NCBI GenBank assembly: GCA_950097015.1
Contig: CATNEN010000001.1
Span: 3,286,001 to 3,350,000, forward strand
From: Macrostomum hystrix
Taxonomy: Eukaryota > Animalia > Platyhelminthes
DNA length: 64,000 bases
Direction: 5' to 3'
Below, piece by piece: positions 54,301 to 64,000 of this stretch; position 1 is the first letter of the stretch; each line of letters opens with the position of its first letter. The notes beneath the pieces are model-generated. The model saw only the letters and a list, made by a program, of their open reading frames with translations. It had not been told where the DNA came from and did not search any database. A program made the translations under genes and the position numbers.

Positions 54301-55102
54301 GGTTCAGGCGGTGGCGGTGGCAGCTTCGTGTACACGAGCACTGACAACCAGCTGCTGCTGGCTGCTGGCGGCGGCGGCGGAGCTTCTTATAGCCAGAAAG
54401 GCAAGTGGATGATACTGCGGGACAGCAAAGCCGCATACATTTCGCGGCGCATCTGAAGGCTGCATATTGCAGATCAGTCCATGGACTGGGGGCGGGGAGG
54501 CACAAGCCCCTAGGCAAGGCAAGAAAATAGCGCCCAAAGCAGATGGTATTATAAATAGTTAACATAATAATTCTCTAGGCATGAATGGCTCGTCAACAGC
54601 AAACGGAACAGACTCCTATGAGCAATACTTACCTGAGTATCGAGGAATCGGGGGTACAGGCGGTTTGCCAGGGAAAGTCGCCCCGGCTCGCTACAGCCCA
54701 GGAGGATTGACGGAGGTGCATTCGAAAGGCGGCCCGGGCGCTGGATGGAACGGCAGCGCGTTGACGAACAGTTCCTCCTACCCATTCGATGGCAGCGGTG
54801 GCAGGAGCCGCATCGACGGTTGGCTCGGTGGCAGTCGCGGCATCAGTTACACTTCTGGCGACGGTGGCTTCGGAGGCGGCGGTGGTGGCGCCACGGCCAT
54901 GCAGGTTCCGAACATCCATTATGGCGCTAGCGGCGGCGGCGGCGGATACAGCGGCGGCGGAGCTGGCGCACTCTGTGAATGCTCTGGCGGTGGTGGCGGC
55001 TCGGCTTGCTTCGGCATCGGCTGCGTTGCCATCACCGGAGGAAACTCCAAAGCCAATGGTCGAGTAACGATTAGTTTGGTCAGCCCGGGAGTTTGTGTGT
55101 GA
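51339..55102 (+). CDS. Predicted secreted protein: signal peptide, Cys-containing PAN/apple-like region, ALK/LTK-like glycine-rich domain
   Basis: Exons 51339-51381, 51889-52242, 54080-54400 and 54579-55102 (1242 nt, 413 aa; all introns phase 1). MRMTVELHLAQLLMLVTSATA; C..RC....CAA; TGCYRIEAHGASGG, IVVGQAG, GGGGGSFV, LLAAGGGGG, GGFGGGGG, GGGGGYSGG, NGRVTI. No TM or kinase segment. Exon 1 is the least certain. Confidence 0.8.
52445..52690 (+). mobile_element. SINE family A copy
   Basis: agccttgtggttaggactcacgacttgaaggtcgggggttcgattccc...gcacatctggcccaattgggg. Confidence 0.85.
52713..54041 (-). mobile_element. Full-length Tc1/mariner element (maT/DD37D-related), 1329 bp
   Basis: TIRs ccgggtgg(c/t)ccatgcgtttaaggacaac at both ends, flanked by TA (52711-12 and 54042-43). 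Confidence 0.95.
52852..53892 (-). CDS. Tc1/mariner transposase, 346 aa, intact
   Basis: Two HTH regions; IFSDEK, FQHDGAPAH, WPPSSPDCSPLDY; 38 residues between the second and third Asp. Confidence 0.93.
   Translation of the reverse strand: MNRAKRLMVVDQLARGISPAQIAENLNVARSFVYAVKSDIEEVGAAAAVERKPHNSPRPIRSEELRETVAEGIKADPRVSIRELARSSCVSRSTMQRLVHEDLDLSSYKIKESQALTATARSVRAERCRQLINRLKGPDAGKVLIFSDEKFCTVDRAFNRQNDRYLAPSGDSSSAAEEHRFMPRQQHAKGAMFLGVVASDGRVAPPIWVPAGVKINSAEYIRMLQDHVLPWIRHNFAPCTFVFQHDGAPAHTAVATQEFLRRELGEDFWDATTWPPSSPDCSPLDYFVWNNVARVACLTTYATVETLQVAVSAAWSAQGPAVIRGACTKFRSRIEAVYAVEGGYIE
54425..54495 (-). mobile_element. SINE family A fragment inside the GC-AG intron
   Basis: gcgcatctgaaggctgc...cagtccatggactggggg. 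Confidence 0.6.
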
Positions 55103-55315
55103 GCATCTTCTACTGGGGAGCGGAACTTGGAGCAACTTAACGAATAAGTTGAGGAGACACGATGTATTGGGTTTGAGGGTATCCATTGTACTGTATAGAT
55201 GAGCATGACAAAGCTTTTGTTGAGAGCTGTATTTCCCATTTATTCCAATTTTACAATATTCGAGACAGCGAGTGCCTCTGCCCCTAAGCAATGAAATAAG
55301 CAGCAAGTATGGTTT

Positions 55316-55628
55316 GTCAGGGGTAGTCAGGGGTAGTCAGGGTAGTCAGGGGTAGTCAGGGGTAGTCAGTGGTAGTCAGGGTAGTCAGGGGTAGTCAGGG
55401 TAGTCAGGGGTAGCCAGGGTAGTCAGGGGTAGTCAGGGTAGTCAGGGGTAGTCAGGGGTAGTCAGGGGTAGTCAGGGTAGTCAGGGGTAGTCAGGGTAGT
55501 CAGGGGTAGTCAGGGGTAGTCAGGGGTAGTCAGGGTAGTCAGGGGTAGTCAGGGGTAGTCAGGGGTAGTCAGGGTAGTCAGGGTAGTCAGGGGTAGTCAG
55601 GGGTAGTCAGGGGTAGTCAGGGGTAGTC
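55316..55628. repeat. 9/10-bp G-rich repeat (GTCAGGG(G)TA)
   Basis: About 32 units, each with a G3-4 run. Confidence 0.95.
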
Positions 55629-56687
55629 GCAATAACAGAACGCCTTAACTCATCTATTGAAAGATTTAAGAAATGAATAAAAATCGAATAACAATTTAAG
55701 TGACAAACAAGTTTTAAGTTAACGATACATAACGATACATGAGACACATAAAAACGTATAATGTAATAAAGCTAGCTTTCTCTACGTACAAGCTCTTTTT
55801 CCCAGTTTTTTCTTATACCGTTGACTCCAGGAAAAAGGTATCTTTAAATAATTGAACAACTGCAAAGACATTTTGTTAAAAAAAATTATATTTCGACATC
55901 AGCTTCATAATTTTATATTATTTGTTTAACTCGAATAATTGCATTATAGTAACAATTCATAGATTCAAATGTAATATGAAAAGTCACGTGACTGTCTCAG
56001 TGTGCAAGTCTGCTTCAAGTACGAGAGTACAGAAATGGCCAGTTTTGAGTATGTGAGTATAGCAGAGTAATGCCGAGATGTTGAGTATGCTCGGTGTGCT
56101 CAATTATCTATCAGCTATTATTGTGTGAGGGCACACCAGCTCACTGCATGGCCAAACCCGACCCCCCAACTGCAGCTGCAAGTCTCACCCAACCGGAGGA
56201 TGGTTGGCTGAGTACAGTCGCATCTCGTCTGCTTAGTGTTTAGTTGCTAGGGGCAACTGTACACTGTACAAAGCCGTAGACTTAAACTGCCCCAGCCAGA
56301 AGCAAAAATTATTTTCTTTTACTCGCTGCTGCTGCTTTCATCTAGAACTGAAACATTCTTTTGTTGAATTTTTTTTCCAGATTTTACCAATTTACTGAAA
56401 ACGTAAGAATTCGTTTTTTATTGCTTGGTATTTAATGTTTTTCGTAAACTATACATAAAGCAGCTGTACAATAATAAAGTGTAAGTTTAAATCTATCTAC
56501 ATCCATATCTTCTCAAGGTGATTTGGGCAGTTTCCGATTGACAAAAATACTTTTCCGATTGGGTATATCAAAAGTTTCTTTGCATTTCTGGCCATTAGTA
56601 ACTTTCTTGGTAAAATCACAATCCATACTACACATGCTTGTCAGCATCAACAAGATGGGACAGGCTGTCGTAGGGTGAGGTAAAAAA

Positions 56688-56810
56688 GGTAGTTGGAGGG
56701 GAGGTAGTTGGAGGGGAGGTAGTTGGAGGGGAGGTAGTTGGAGGGGAGGTAGTTGGAGGGGAGGTAGTTGGAGGGGAGGTAGTTGGAGGGGAGGTAGTTG
56801 AGGTAGTTAG
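56688..56810. repeat. 15-bp repeat (GAGGTAGTTGGAGGG)
   Basis: About 7-8 units. Confidence 0.92.
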
Positions 56811-56937
56811 ATAGGGAGGTAGATGGGGACTTAACATTACAGTTTAAGTTCAAATAGAAACCATCTACATCATACGTCCGATGCAAAAATATTTTTTTTA
56901 AGTTTCAAAATTAGATATGGGCAATTTCGAATTTTGT

Positions 56938-58440
56938 TGGATAGTTCGATGGGATAGTTGGACGAGACAGTTGGATGGGACAGTTGCATGGGATAGTTGG
57001 ATGGGATAGTTGGATGGGATAGTTGGATGGGATAGTGTGATGGGACAGTTGGATGGGATAGTTGGATGGGATAGTTGGATGGGATAGTGTGATGGGACAG
57101 TTGGATGGGATAGTTGGATGGGATAGTTGGATGGGATAGTGTGATGGGACAGTTGGATGGATAGTTGGATGGGATAGTTGGATGGGATAGTTGGATGGGA
57201 TAGTTGGATGGCATAGTTGGATGGTATAGTTGGATGGCATAGTTGGATGGCATAGTTGGATGGGATAGTTGGATGGGATAGTTGGATGGGATAGTTGGAT
57301 GGGATAGTGTGATGGGACAGTTGGATGGGATAGTTGGATGGGATAGTGTGATGGGATAGTTGGATGGGATAGTTGGATGGGATAGTTGGATGGGATAGTT
57401 GGATGGGACAGTTGGATGGGATAGTTGGATGGGATAGTTGGATGGGATAGTTGGATGGCATAGTTGGATGGGATAGTTGGATGGGATAGTTGGATGGGAT
57501 AGTTGGATGGGATAGTTGGATGGGATAGTGTGATGGGACAGTTGGATGGATAGTTGGATGGGATAGTTGGATGGGATAGTTGGATGGGATAGTTGGATGG
57601 GATAGTTGGATGGGATAGTTGGATGGCATAGTTGGATGGTATAGTTGGATGGCATAGTTGGATGGCATAGTTGGATGGGATAGTTGGATGGGATAGTTGG
57701 ATGGGATAGTTGGATGGGATAGTGTGATGGGACAGTTGGATGGGATAGTTGGATGGGATAGTGTGATGGGATAGTTGGATGGGATAGTTGGATGGGATAG
57801 TTGGATGGGATAGTTGGATGGGACAGTTGGATGGGATAGTTGGATGGGATAGTTGTATGGGATAGTTGGATGGCATAGTTGGATGGGATAGTTGGATGGG
57901 ATAGTTGCATGGCATAGTTGGATGGGATAGTTGGATGGGATAGTGTGATGGGATAGTTGGATAGGATAGTTGGATGGGATAGTTGGATGGGATAGTTGGA
58001 TGGGACAGTTGGATGGGATAGTTGGATGGGATAGTTGGATGGGATAGTTGGATGGGATAGTTGGATGGGATAGTTGGATGGGATAGTTGGATGGGATAGT
58101 TGGATGGGATAGTTGGATGGATAGTTGGATGGGATAGTTGGATGGGACAGTTGGATGGGATAGTTGGATGGCATAGTTGGATGGTATAGTTGGATGGGAT
58201 AGTTGGATGGGATAGTTGGATGGGACAGTTGGATGGGATAGTTGGATGGGATAGTTGGATGGGATAGTTGGATGGGATAGTTGGATGGGACAGTTGGATG
58301 GGATAGTTGGATGGGATAGTTGGATGGGATAGTTGGATGGGATAGTTGGATGGGATAGTTGGATGGGATAGTTGGATGGGATAGTTGGATGGGATAGTTG
58401 GATGGGATAGTTGGATGGGATAGTTGGATGGGATAGTTGT
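56938..58440. repeat. 13-bp minisatellite (GGATAGTTGGATG)
   Basis: About 115 units; source of three spurious minus-strand ORFs. Confidence 0.96.
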
Positions 58441-59407
58441 GTGAAAAAGTGCGAACTGTGAAAAAGTTCGGGTTTTTTGGGGTGCTGAGTTCAAAAAAGA
58501 CAACCATTTTGTTCCGTCTATACATTCATTTTCTATCGAACGGATTTCCTATCACAAAATGACCACACACTTAGTGGTACATTGGGAACTTGGGATTTTA
58601 GAAGCAACCTTTTGGTTAGGTAGGCTATTTAATCTGTGTGAGAATAGAACACTTTTAGGATTAAACTTCAATAGAGTCAAGGGGGCCTATTGAATATTAT
58701 CATACCTATTTTTAGGATAGGCCTAATGGCTTTTGTGGGTACCCCAATACAGAAATAGCACCCTAAGTGGGTGATAGAGGGGTTGTGGGTTGGGTAAGTT
58801 GTGTGTGAATAGTAAATATGTTTCAGCTTCAATAGAGGCAGCATGGGTACCTTGAGTCCGGTGTTTACTAGCCCTGTGAGCGGACAGCCACTTAGACCCC
58901 ACCAATAACAAGTAATGGTGGTAGGTAAAGCGGAGTGAGGAGCGGCAGAATGATTAAGCCGAATTCGGAGTCCTACCAGGAGTTGTCGAAAGATTGGGGA
59001 GGGGGAGGGGCGCCAGCGACGGGCAGAGGGGGGTTGGGACTGGCCAATCAGATGCCGACCCAGCCATGCAAACAGGTTTGTGTCGGCCGTCTGATTGGGT
59101 GGCCAGCCAACCAGAGGACTCAAGCTCCAGCCGGCACAAGCCAGCTCTCAGAACCGGCAGCTCACAACACAAACTCGCCAGCGCCCTAGGAGGAAGGAGG
59201 AGAAGGGGAAGATGATGGGGAAGAGGAACAAACGACTGTGGAAGAGGATAGGGAGATGAGCAATGGGAAGCAAGCTATAAGGGAAGAAGGCAGGGAAGAA
59301 GGGGAGATCCCGTGACAGAAAGGGAGTGGTCCTATTGGCTTTAGTCTAGCCAGTCCCATAGGCCACGAACAGAATTGTTGTGCCTAACCCAAGCAATGTT
59401 CAAACGC

Positions 59408-60683
59408 TGGCATGAAGCTAAGAAAAGGCAAAGCAGACTACTGCCGTGAGTAGCCCTGACATGAAGCTAAGAAAAGGCAAAGCAGACTACTGCCGTGAGT
59501 AGCCCTGGCGTGACGCTAAGAAAAGGCAAAGCAGACTACTGCCGTGAGTAGCCCTGGCGTGAAGCTAAGAAAAGGCAAAGCAGACTACTGCCGTGAGTAG
59601 CCCTGGCATGAAGCTAAGAAAAGGCAAAACAGACTACTGCCGTGAGTAGCCCTGGCATGAAGCTAAGAAAAGGCAAAGCAGACTACTGCCGTGAGTAGCC
59701 CTGGCGTGAAGCTAAGAAAAGGCAAAGCAGACTACTGCCGTGAGTAGCCCTGGCATAAAGCTAAGAAAAGGCAAAGCAGACTACTGCCGTGAGTAGCCCT
59801 GGCGTGAAGCTAAGAAAAGGCAAAGCAGACTACTGCCGTGAGTAGCCCTGGCATGAAGCTAAGAAAAGGCAAAGCAGACTACTGCCGTGAGTAGCCCTGG
59901 CATGAAGCTAAGAAAAGGCAAAGCAGACTACTGCCGTGAGTAGCCCTGGCATGAAGCTAAGAAAAGGCAAAGCAGACTACTGCCGTGAGTAGCCCTGGCA
60001 TGAAGCTAAGAAAAGGCAAAGCAGACTACTGCCGTGAGTAGCCCTGGCGTGAAGCTAAGAAAAGGCAAAGCAGACTACTGCCGTGAGTAGCCCTGGCATG
60101 AAGCTAAGAAAAGGCAAAACAGACTACTGCCGTGAGTAGCCCTGGCATGAAGCTAAGAAAAGGCAAAGCAGACTACTGCCGTGAGTAGCCCTGGCATGAA
60201 GCTAAGAAAAGGCAAAACAGACTACTGCCGTGAGTAGCCCTGGCATGACGCTAAGAAAAGGCAAAGCAGACTACTGCCGTGAGTAGCCCTGGCATGAAGC
60301 TAAGAAAAGGCAAAACAGACTACTGCCGTGAGTAGCCCTGGCATGACGCTAAGAAAAGGCAAAGCAGACTACTGCCGTGAGTAGCCCTGGCATGAAGCTA
60401 AGAAAAGGCAAAACAGACTACTGCCGTGAGTAGCCCTGGCATGAAGCTAAGAAAAGGCAAAGCAGACTACTGCCGTGAGTAGCCCTGGCATGAAGCTAAG
60501 AAAAGGCAAAACAGACTACTGCCGTGAGTAGCCCTGGCATGACGCTAAGAAAAGGCAAAGCAGACTACTGCCGTGAGTAGCCCTGGCATGAAGCTAAGAA
60601 AAGGCAAAGCAGACTACTGCCGTGAGTAGCCCTGGCATGACGCCAAGAAAAGGCAAAGCAGACTACTCCCGTGAGTAGCCCAA
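59408..60683. repeat. 49-bp highly homogeneous tandem array (GCCGTGAGTAGCCCTGGCATGAAGCTAAGAAAAGGCAAAGCAGACTACT), ~26 units
   Basis: 49-nt period, no spacers, few variant positions. Confidence 0.96.
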
Positions 60684-61424
60684 GGTGCGAATGACTCCAA
60701 GCTTAGTAGCAGTGGACAAAACAGAGAAATACGGAAAGACTATAGGCAAAGGGAAGAGCCTGAAGTAAAAGGTATTTTGGAAACATGGGTACCCGGAGCT
60801 CACAGCTCCCAGTTTATCACGCACTCCCTGGCAAGCTGAACAAATGGTCAATGCTGCAACTTTCAGCCGTCAATGAATTGAGACGCCTCACAAGGGATTC
60901 CTCAAATCACGTCATGGGGGTCTTGGAAAGGTGCTTCTAAGGCTACCAGGAGACCTAAACTATCGCTAAAATATTTTAGATTGAGCGCACCCAGGGAGGT
61001 GACCAAATGCAGTTTAGAAGGCCAAAGTGTCTGGGCAATGTGTCTGGCCATTTCTAACTGGAGTCTGACTAAGGCTCTGAGGGTTAAGCCGGACATTTAT
61101 CTATGGAAAGGTCGTTTCGAAGAAATGTCCAAATAAATCGAGACAGCTCGAATTACAGTAAAGAATTGGGACATGAAGAGACCATTGCTCCGATCTGTCC
61201 GGTTGAGTTCTAAAAAATCACGGTTTGAATGGGAAGAATATCTAAACTAGTGCATACAGTGAACCTGTCGCGTCTCAAATGAACCTTTTAATTAGAACTT
61301 AGTCAACAAACCGACTTGCAACTCTATTTCCATAGCAACTATTCCCTGTTCTACCAAGTAATACTAGCCTTTCCTCATTCCTATTGACAATCTAGCTGTA
61401 CCCTAGCTGCTTAACCAAATGCCG

Positions 61425-61652
61425 CCCACGGTCGAAAGTTCGATTCACGACCCACAGAAACATTTTTACCTTTAGCAAGGCACCTAACTCTTCAGTACAC
61501 CCAGTTGTTAAATGGGTACCAGAATTTGCTTGGGTAATTAGGGGCTGGGTGTGGCGTTCCCCCAGTCCATGGACTGAACAGCCGTACGCAGCCTTCAGTT
61601 GCTGCGCTGCGCTGGGTTGTCAGCTGCACATCTGGCCTGATTATGGCAGGTG
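61425..61652 (+). mobile_element. SINE family A copy, about 90 nt upstream of the ankyrin ATG
   Basis: gttcgattc...ctttagcaaggcacctaac...aatgggtacc...cagtccatggactgaacagccgtacg. Confidence 0.8.
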
Positions 61653-61740
61653 TAATTAATGAAAAATTTGAGAAAGCTTAAAAAACCAATTCGCGCCTTT
61701 CAGAATTACAGCAAATATCTTGATTCCGCGACTGAAGTAG

Positions 61741-63534
61741 ATGGCCAGCAAATCGAATGACCCGGCTCCACCTGATGAGTATGGCATTGAACATGCTGCA
61801 GCGAATGGTGACTTGGAGATGGTGAAGTTTCTGGTGCAGACAGTCGCTGACCAAAAAGTGAGAGATCAGTGCTGCAGCGAGGCTGCGAAATCTGCTGCAA
61901 TCGAGGGTCAGTGGGAGGTGGTGAAGTTTCTGGTGCAGACAGTCGCTGACCAAAAAGTGAGAGATCAGTGCTGCAGCGAGGCTGCGAAATCTGCTGCAAT
62001 CGAGGGTCAGTGGGAGGTGGTGAAGTTTCTGGTGCCGACAATCGCTGACCAAAAAGTGAGAGTTCAGTGCTGCAGCGAGGCTGCAAAATCTGCTGCATAC
62101 AAGGGTCAGTGGGAGGTGGTGAAATTTCTGGTGCAGACAGTCGATGACCAAAAAGTGAGAGATCAGTGCTGCAGCGAGGCTGCGGAATCTGCTGCAATCG
62201 AGGGTCAGTGGGAGGTGGTGAAGTTTCTGGTGCCGACAATCGCTGACCAAAAAGTGAGAGTTCAGTGCTGCAGCGAGGCTGCAAAATCTGCTGCATACAA
62301 GGGTCAGTGGGAGGTGGTGAAATTTCTGGTGCAGACAGTCGATGACCAAAAAGTGAGAGATCAGTGCTGCAGCGAGGCTGCGGAATCTGCTGCAATCGAG
62401 GGTCAGTGGGAGGTGGTGAAGTTTCTGGTGCCGACAATCGCTGACCAAAAAGTGAGAGATCAGTGCTGCAGCGAGGCTGCGAAATCTGCTGCATACAAGG
62501 GTCAGTTGGAGGTGGTGAAGTTTCTGGTGCCGACAATCGCTGACCAAAAAGTGAGAGTTCAGTGCTGCAGCGAGGCTGCGAAATCTGCTGCATACAAGGG
62601 TCAGTTGGAGGTGGTGAAGTTTCTGGTGCCGACAGTCGCTGACCAAAAAGTGAGAGATCAGTGCTGCAGCAAGGCTGCGAAATCTGCTGCAAGATCGGGT
62701 CAGTTGGAGGTGGTGAAGTTTCTGGTGCCGACAGTCGCTGACCTAAAAGTGAGAGATCAGTGCTGCAGCGAGGCTGCGAAATCTTCTGCATACAAGGGTC
62801 AGTTGGAGGTGGTGAAGTTTCTGGTGCCGACAATCTCTGACCAAAAAGTGAGAGATCAGTGCTGCAGCGAGGCTGCAAAATCTGCTGCATACAAGGGTCA
62901 GTTGGAGGTGGTGAAGTTTCTGTTGCCGACAGTCGGTGACCAAACTTCGAAACTGAATGTTTGTCGTGACTGCGCAGTCGCGGCCTGCTCTAGTCTGCAT
63001 GAAGATGTCGTTGCTATCCTCGATCTTCAGCCCGAGTGGCTCTTCCAATTCAGTCAAGTGCTCAGCTTCACCGCCTCGATGGCCATTGAGGGCAGGAACT
63101 CGATTCTCACCCAGACTCTGTCTCGAATGCAGCCAGCCCAGATCACGCAGTTGCTCAGTGCTTCAATCTCCCATGGCCATGTCGCACTGGCTCTCACCCT
63201 CATCAATGAGGAGCGACTCAGCAGAGAACACGTCGATCAGCCAGACGACAGCTCAGGAGCCACTGCTCTCATGCTGGCAGCTGATGCAGGTCATCACGAG
63301 CTCATTGAGAGGCTGGTGGATCTCGGTGCGTCAGTGCTAGCTGAAGACAGTCAGGGTCGGACAGCTCTGTCGCGAGCTTGTGAAGCGGGTCACGTGCGAG
63401 CAGCCAAGACTCTGATGGACAGAGGAGCGGATCTGAGTCATCGAGACGGCCGGGGTCGGACTTGTGCGCAGCTGGCGGAGCAGCGCGGACATCAGCAGGT
63501 GCTGCGACTGTTGGGGATCCCGCGATCGAGGTGA
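61741..63534 (+). CDS. Ankyrin-repeat protein: 12 near-identical 33-aa repeats plus canonical C-terminal ankyrin repeats
   Basis: Unit AAKSAA(xx)GQ(W/L)EVVKFLV.T.ADQKVRDQCCSE (99 bp); C-terminal GATALMLAADAGHHELIERLVDLGA and GRTALSRACEAGH. The ORF stop overlaps a donor-like AG|GTGAGG at 63530/63531, so the gene may continue. Confidence 0.88.
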   Translation: MASKSNDPAPPDEYGIEHAAANGDLEMVKFLVQTVADQKVRDQCCSEAAKSAAIEGQWEVVKFLVQTVADQKVRDQCCSEAAKSAAIEGQWEVVKFLVPTIADQKVRVQCCSEAAKSAAYKGQWEVVKFLVQTVDDQKVRDQCCSEAAESAAIEGQWEVVKFLVPTIADQKVRVQCCSEAAKSAAYKGQWEVVKFLVQTVDDQKVRDQCCSEAAESAAIEGQWEVVKFLVPTIADQKVRDQCCSEAAKSAAYKGQLEVVKFLVPTIADQKVRVQCCSEAAKSAAYKGQLEVVKFLVPTVADQKVRDQCCSKAAKSAARSGQLEVVKFLVPTVADLKVRDQCCSEAAKSSAYKGQLEVVKFLVPTISDQKVRDQCCSEAAKSAAYKGQLEVVKFLLPTVGDQTSKLNVCRDCAVAACSSLHEDVVAILDLQPEWLFQFSQVLSFTASMAIEGRNSILTQTLSRMQPAQITQLLSASISHGHVALALTLINEERLSREHVDQPDDSSGATALMLAADAGHHELIERLVDLGASVLAEDSQGRTALSRACEAGHVRAAKTLMDRGADLSHRDGRGRTCAQLAEQRGHQQVLRLLGIPRSR

Positions 63535-64000
63535 GGCAGTCACGCTATGTTAATTTCCTTCAGTATGCAATCTTCAGGAACTGATCCTGCGTGTTAGTTT
63601 GCTTCTACTTGAATTTTCAGATCAAAACTGAGCTGCAAACTGGCTTTGACCGCAGTATTGCCTGAACTGACTCATTGGACCAAAATTTTCCTATCCACGC
63701 ATTTGCATCCCGTTTCTGCTTTTTCCCTCCCCCTCCATACTTTGTCCCAAGGACTACAAATGCAAGGGCCAAGGATGTAACTCTCGATGCATAGAATGTT
63801 TTAATTGCAATTTAATGAGGATGTGGATTTTACTTATGTCAGCATTTTAACTGAATCCCCATTGTGAGCTATGTGAAACAGCTGAAATACAAAGTGATTT
63901 ATAGCAGTTGCTTTATTGTATTAATGATTATTCCGGGAACACTTTCATGCTCTGGTCAAAAGGATATCGGTGTAAATCGGATCTACTTCCTCCTGAACTT

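Noticed and set aside
56870-58525. 500-aa SNYPIQLSHPTIP ORFs
   Set aside because: The 13-bp unit gives the same peptide in all three frames.
59408-60683. Possible CRISPR array or hammerhead/retrozyme array
   Set aside because: No unique spacers, no cas genes, eukaryotic context, and no CUGAUGA...GAAA core; a plain 49-bp satellite.
60663-61096. Minus-strand fragments with a KLGVIRTL word reminiscent of Penelope-type RT
   Set aside because: A single short word with no RT core motifs; unsupported.
61678-63057. Antisense ORFs over the ankyrin repeats
   Set aside because: Shadows of the 99-bp coding repeat; only the + frame has ankyrin motifs and continues into unique sequence.
63621-63800. Possible downstream exon of the ankyrin gene after ttttcAG at 63620
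   Set aside because: No recognisable protein features in the translation; needs transcript evidence.

Overview
Eukaryotic (metazoan) genomic DNA with spliceosomal introns. By my rough sum about 23 kb (~35%) of the window is tandem minisatellite. The repeat density and gene style suggest an invertebrate such as a Macrostomum-like flatworm, but that is inference only. Five protein-coding genes can be assembled by hand. (1) A two-exon sex-peptide/MIP-receptor-like rhodopsin GPCR (+, 5071-25590) whose single 19.1-kb intron holds ten different satellite arrays. (2) Casein kinase I delta/epsilon (-, 37692 downward) with two phase-compatible candidate terminal exons. (3) CFAP52/WDR16 (+, 41134-46515, 9 exons), head-to-head with CK1 and preceded by an RFX X-box. 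(4) A predicted secreted Cys-domain + ALK/LTK-type glycine-rich protein (+, 51339-55102) with a GC-AG intron and an intact Tc1/mariner (DD38D spacing) in intron 2. (5) An ankyrin-repeat protein (+, 61741-63534) with 12 near-identical 99-bp repeats whose largest variation falls on the two residues that DARPin libraries randomise. Also present: an ABCA-transporter pseudogene, C2H2 zinc-finger remnants, two tRNA-derived SINE families, a hAT MITE with an 8-bp TSD, and a nested CCC-ended MITE whose empty site is visible in a second copy. Most long ORFs in the supplied track are artefacts of satellite repeats.
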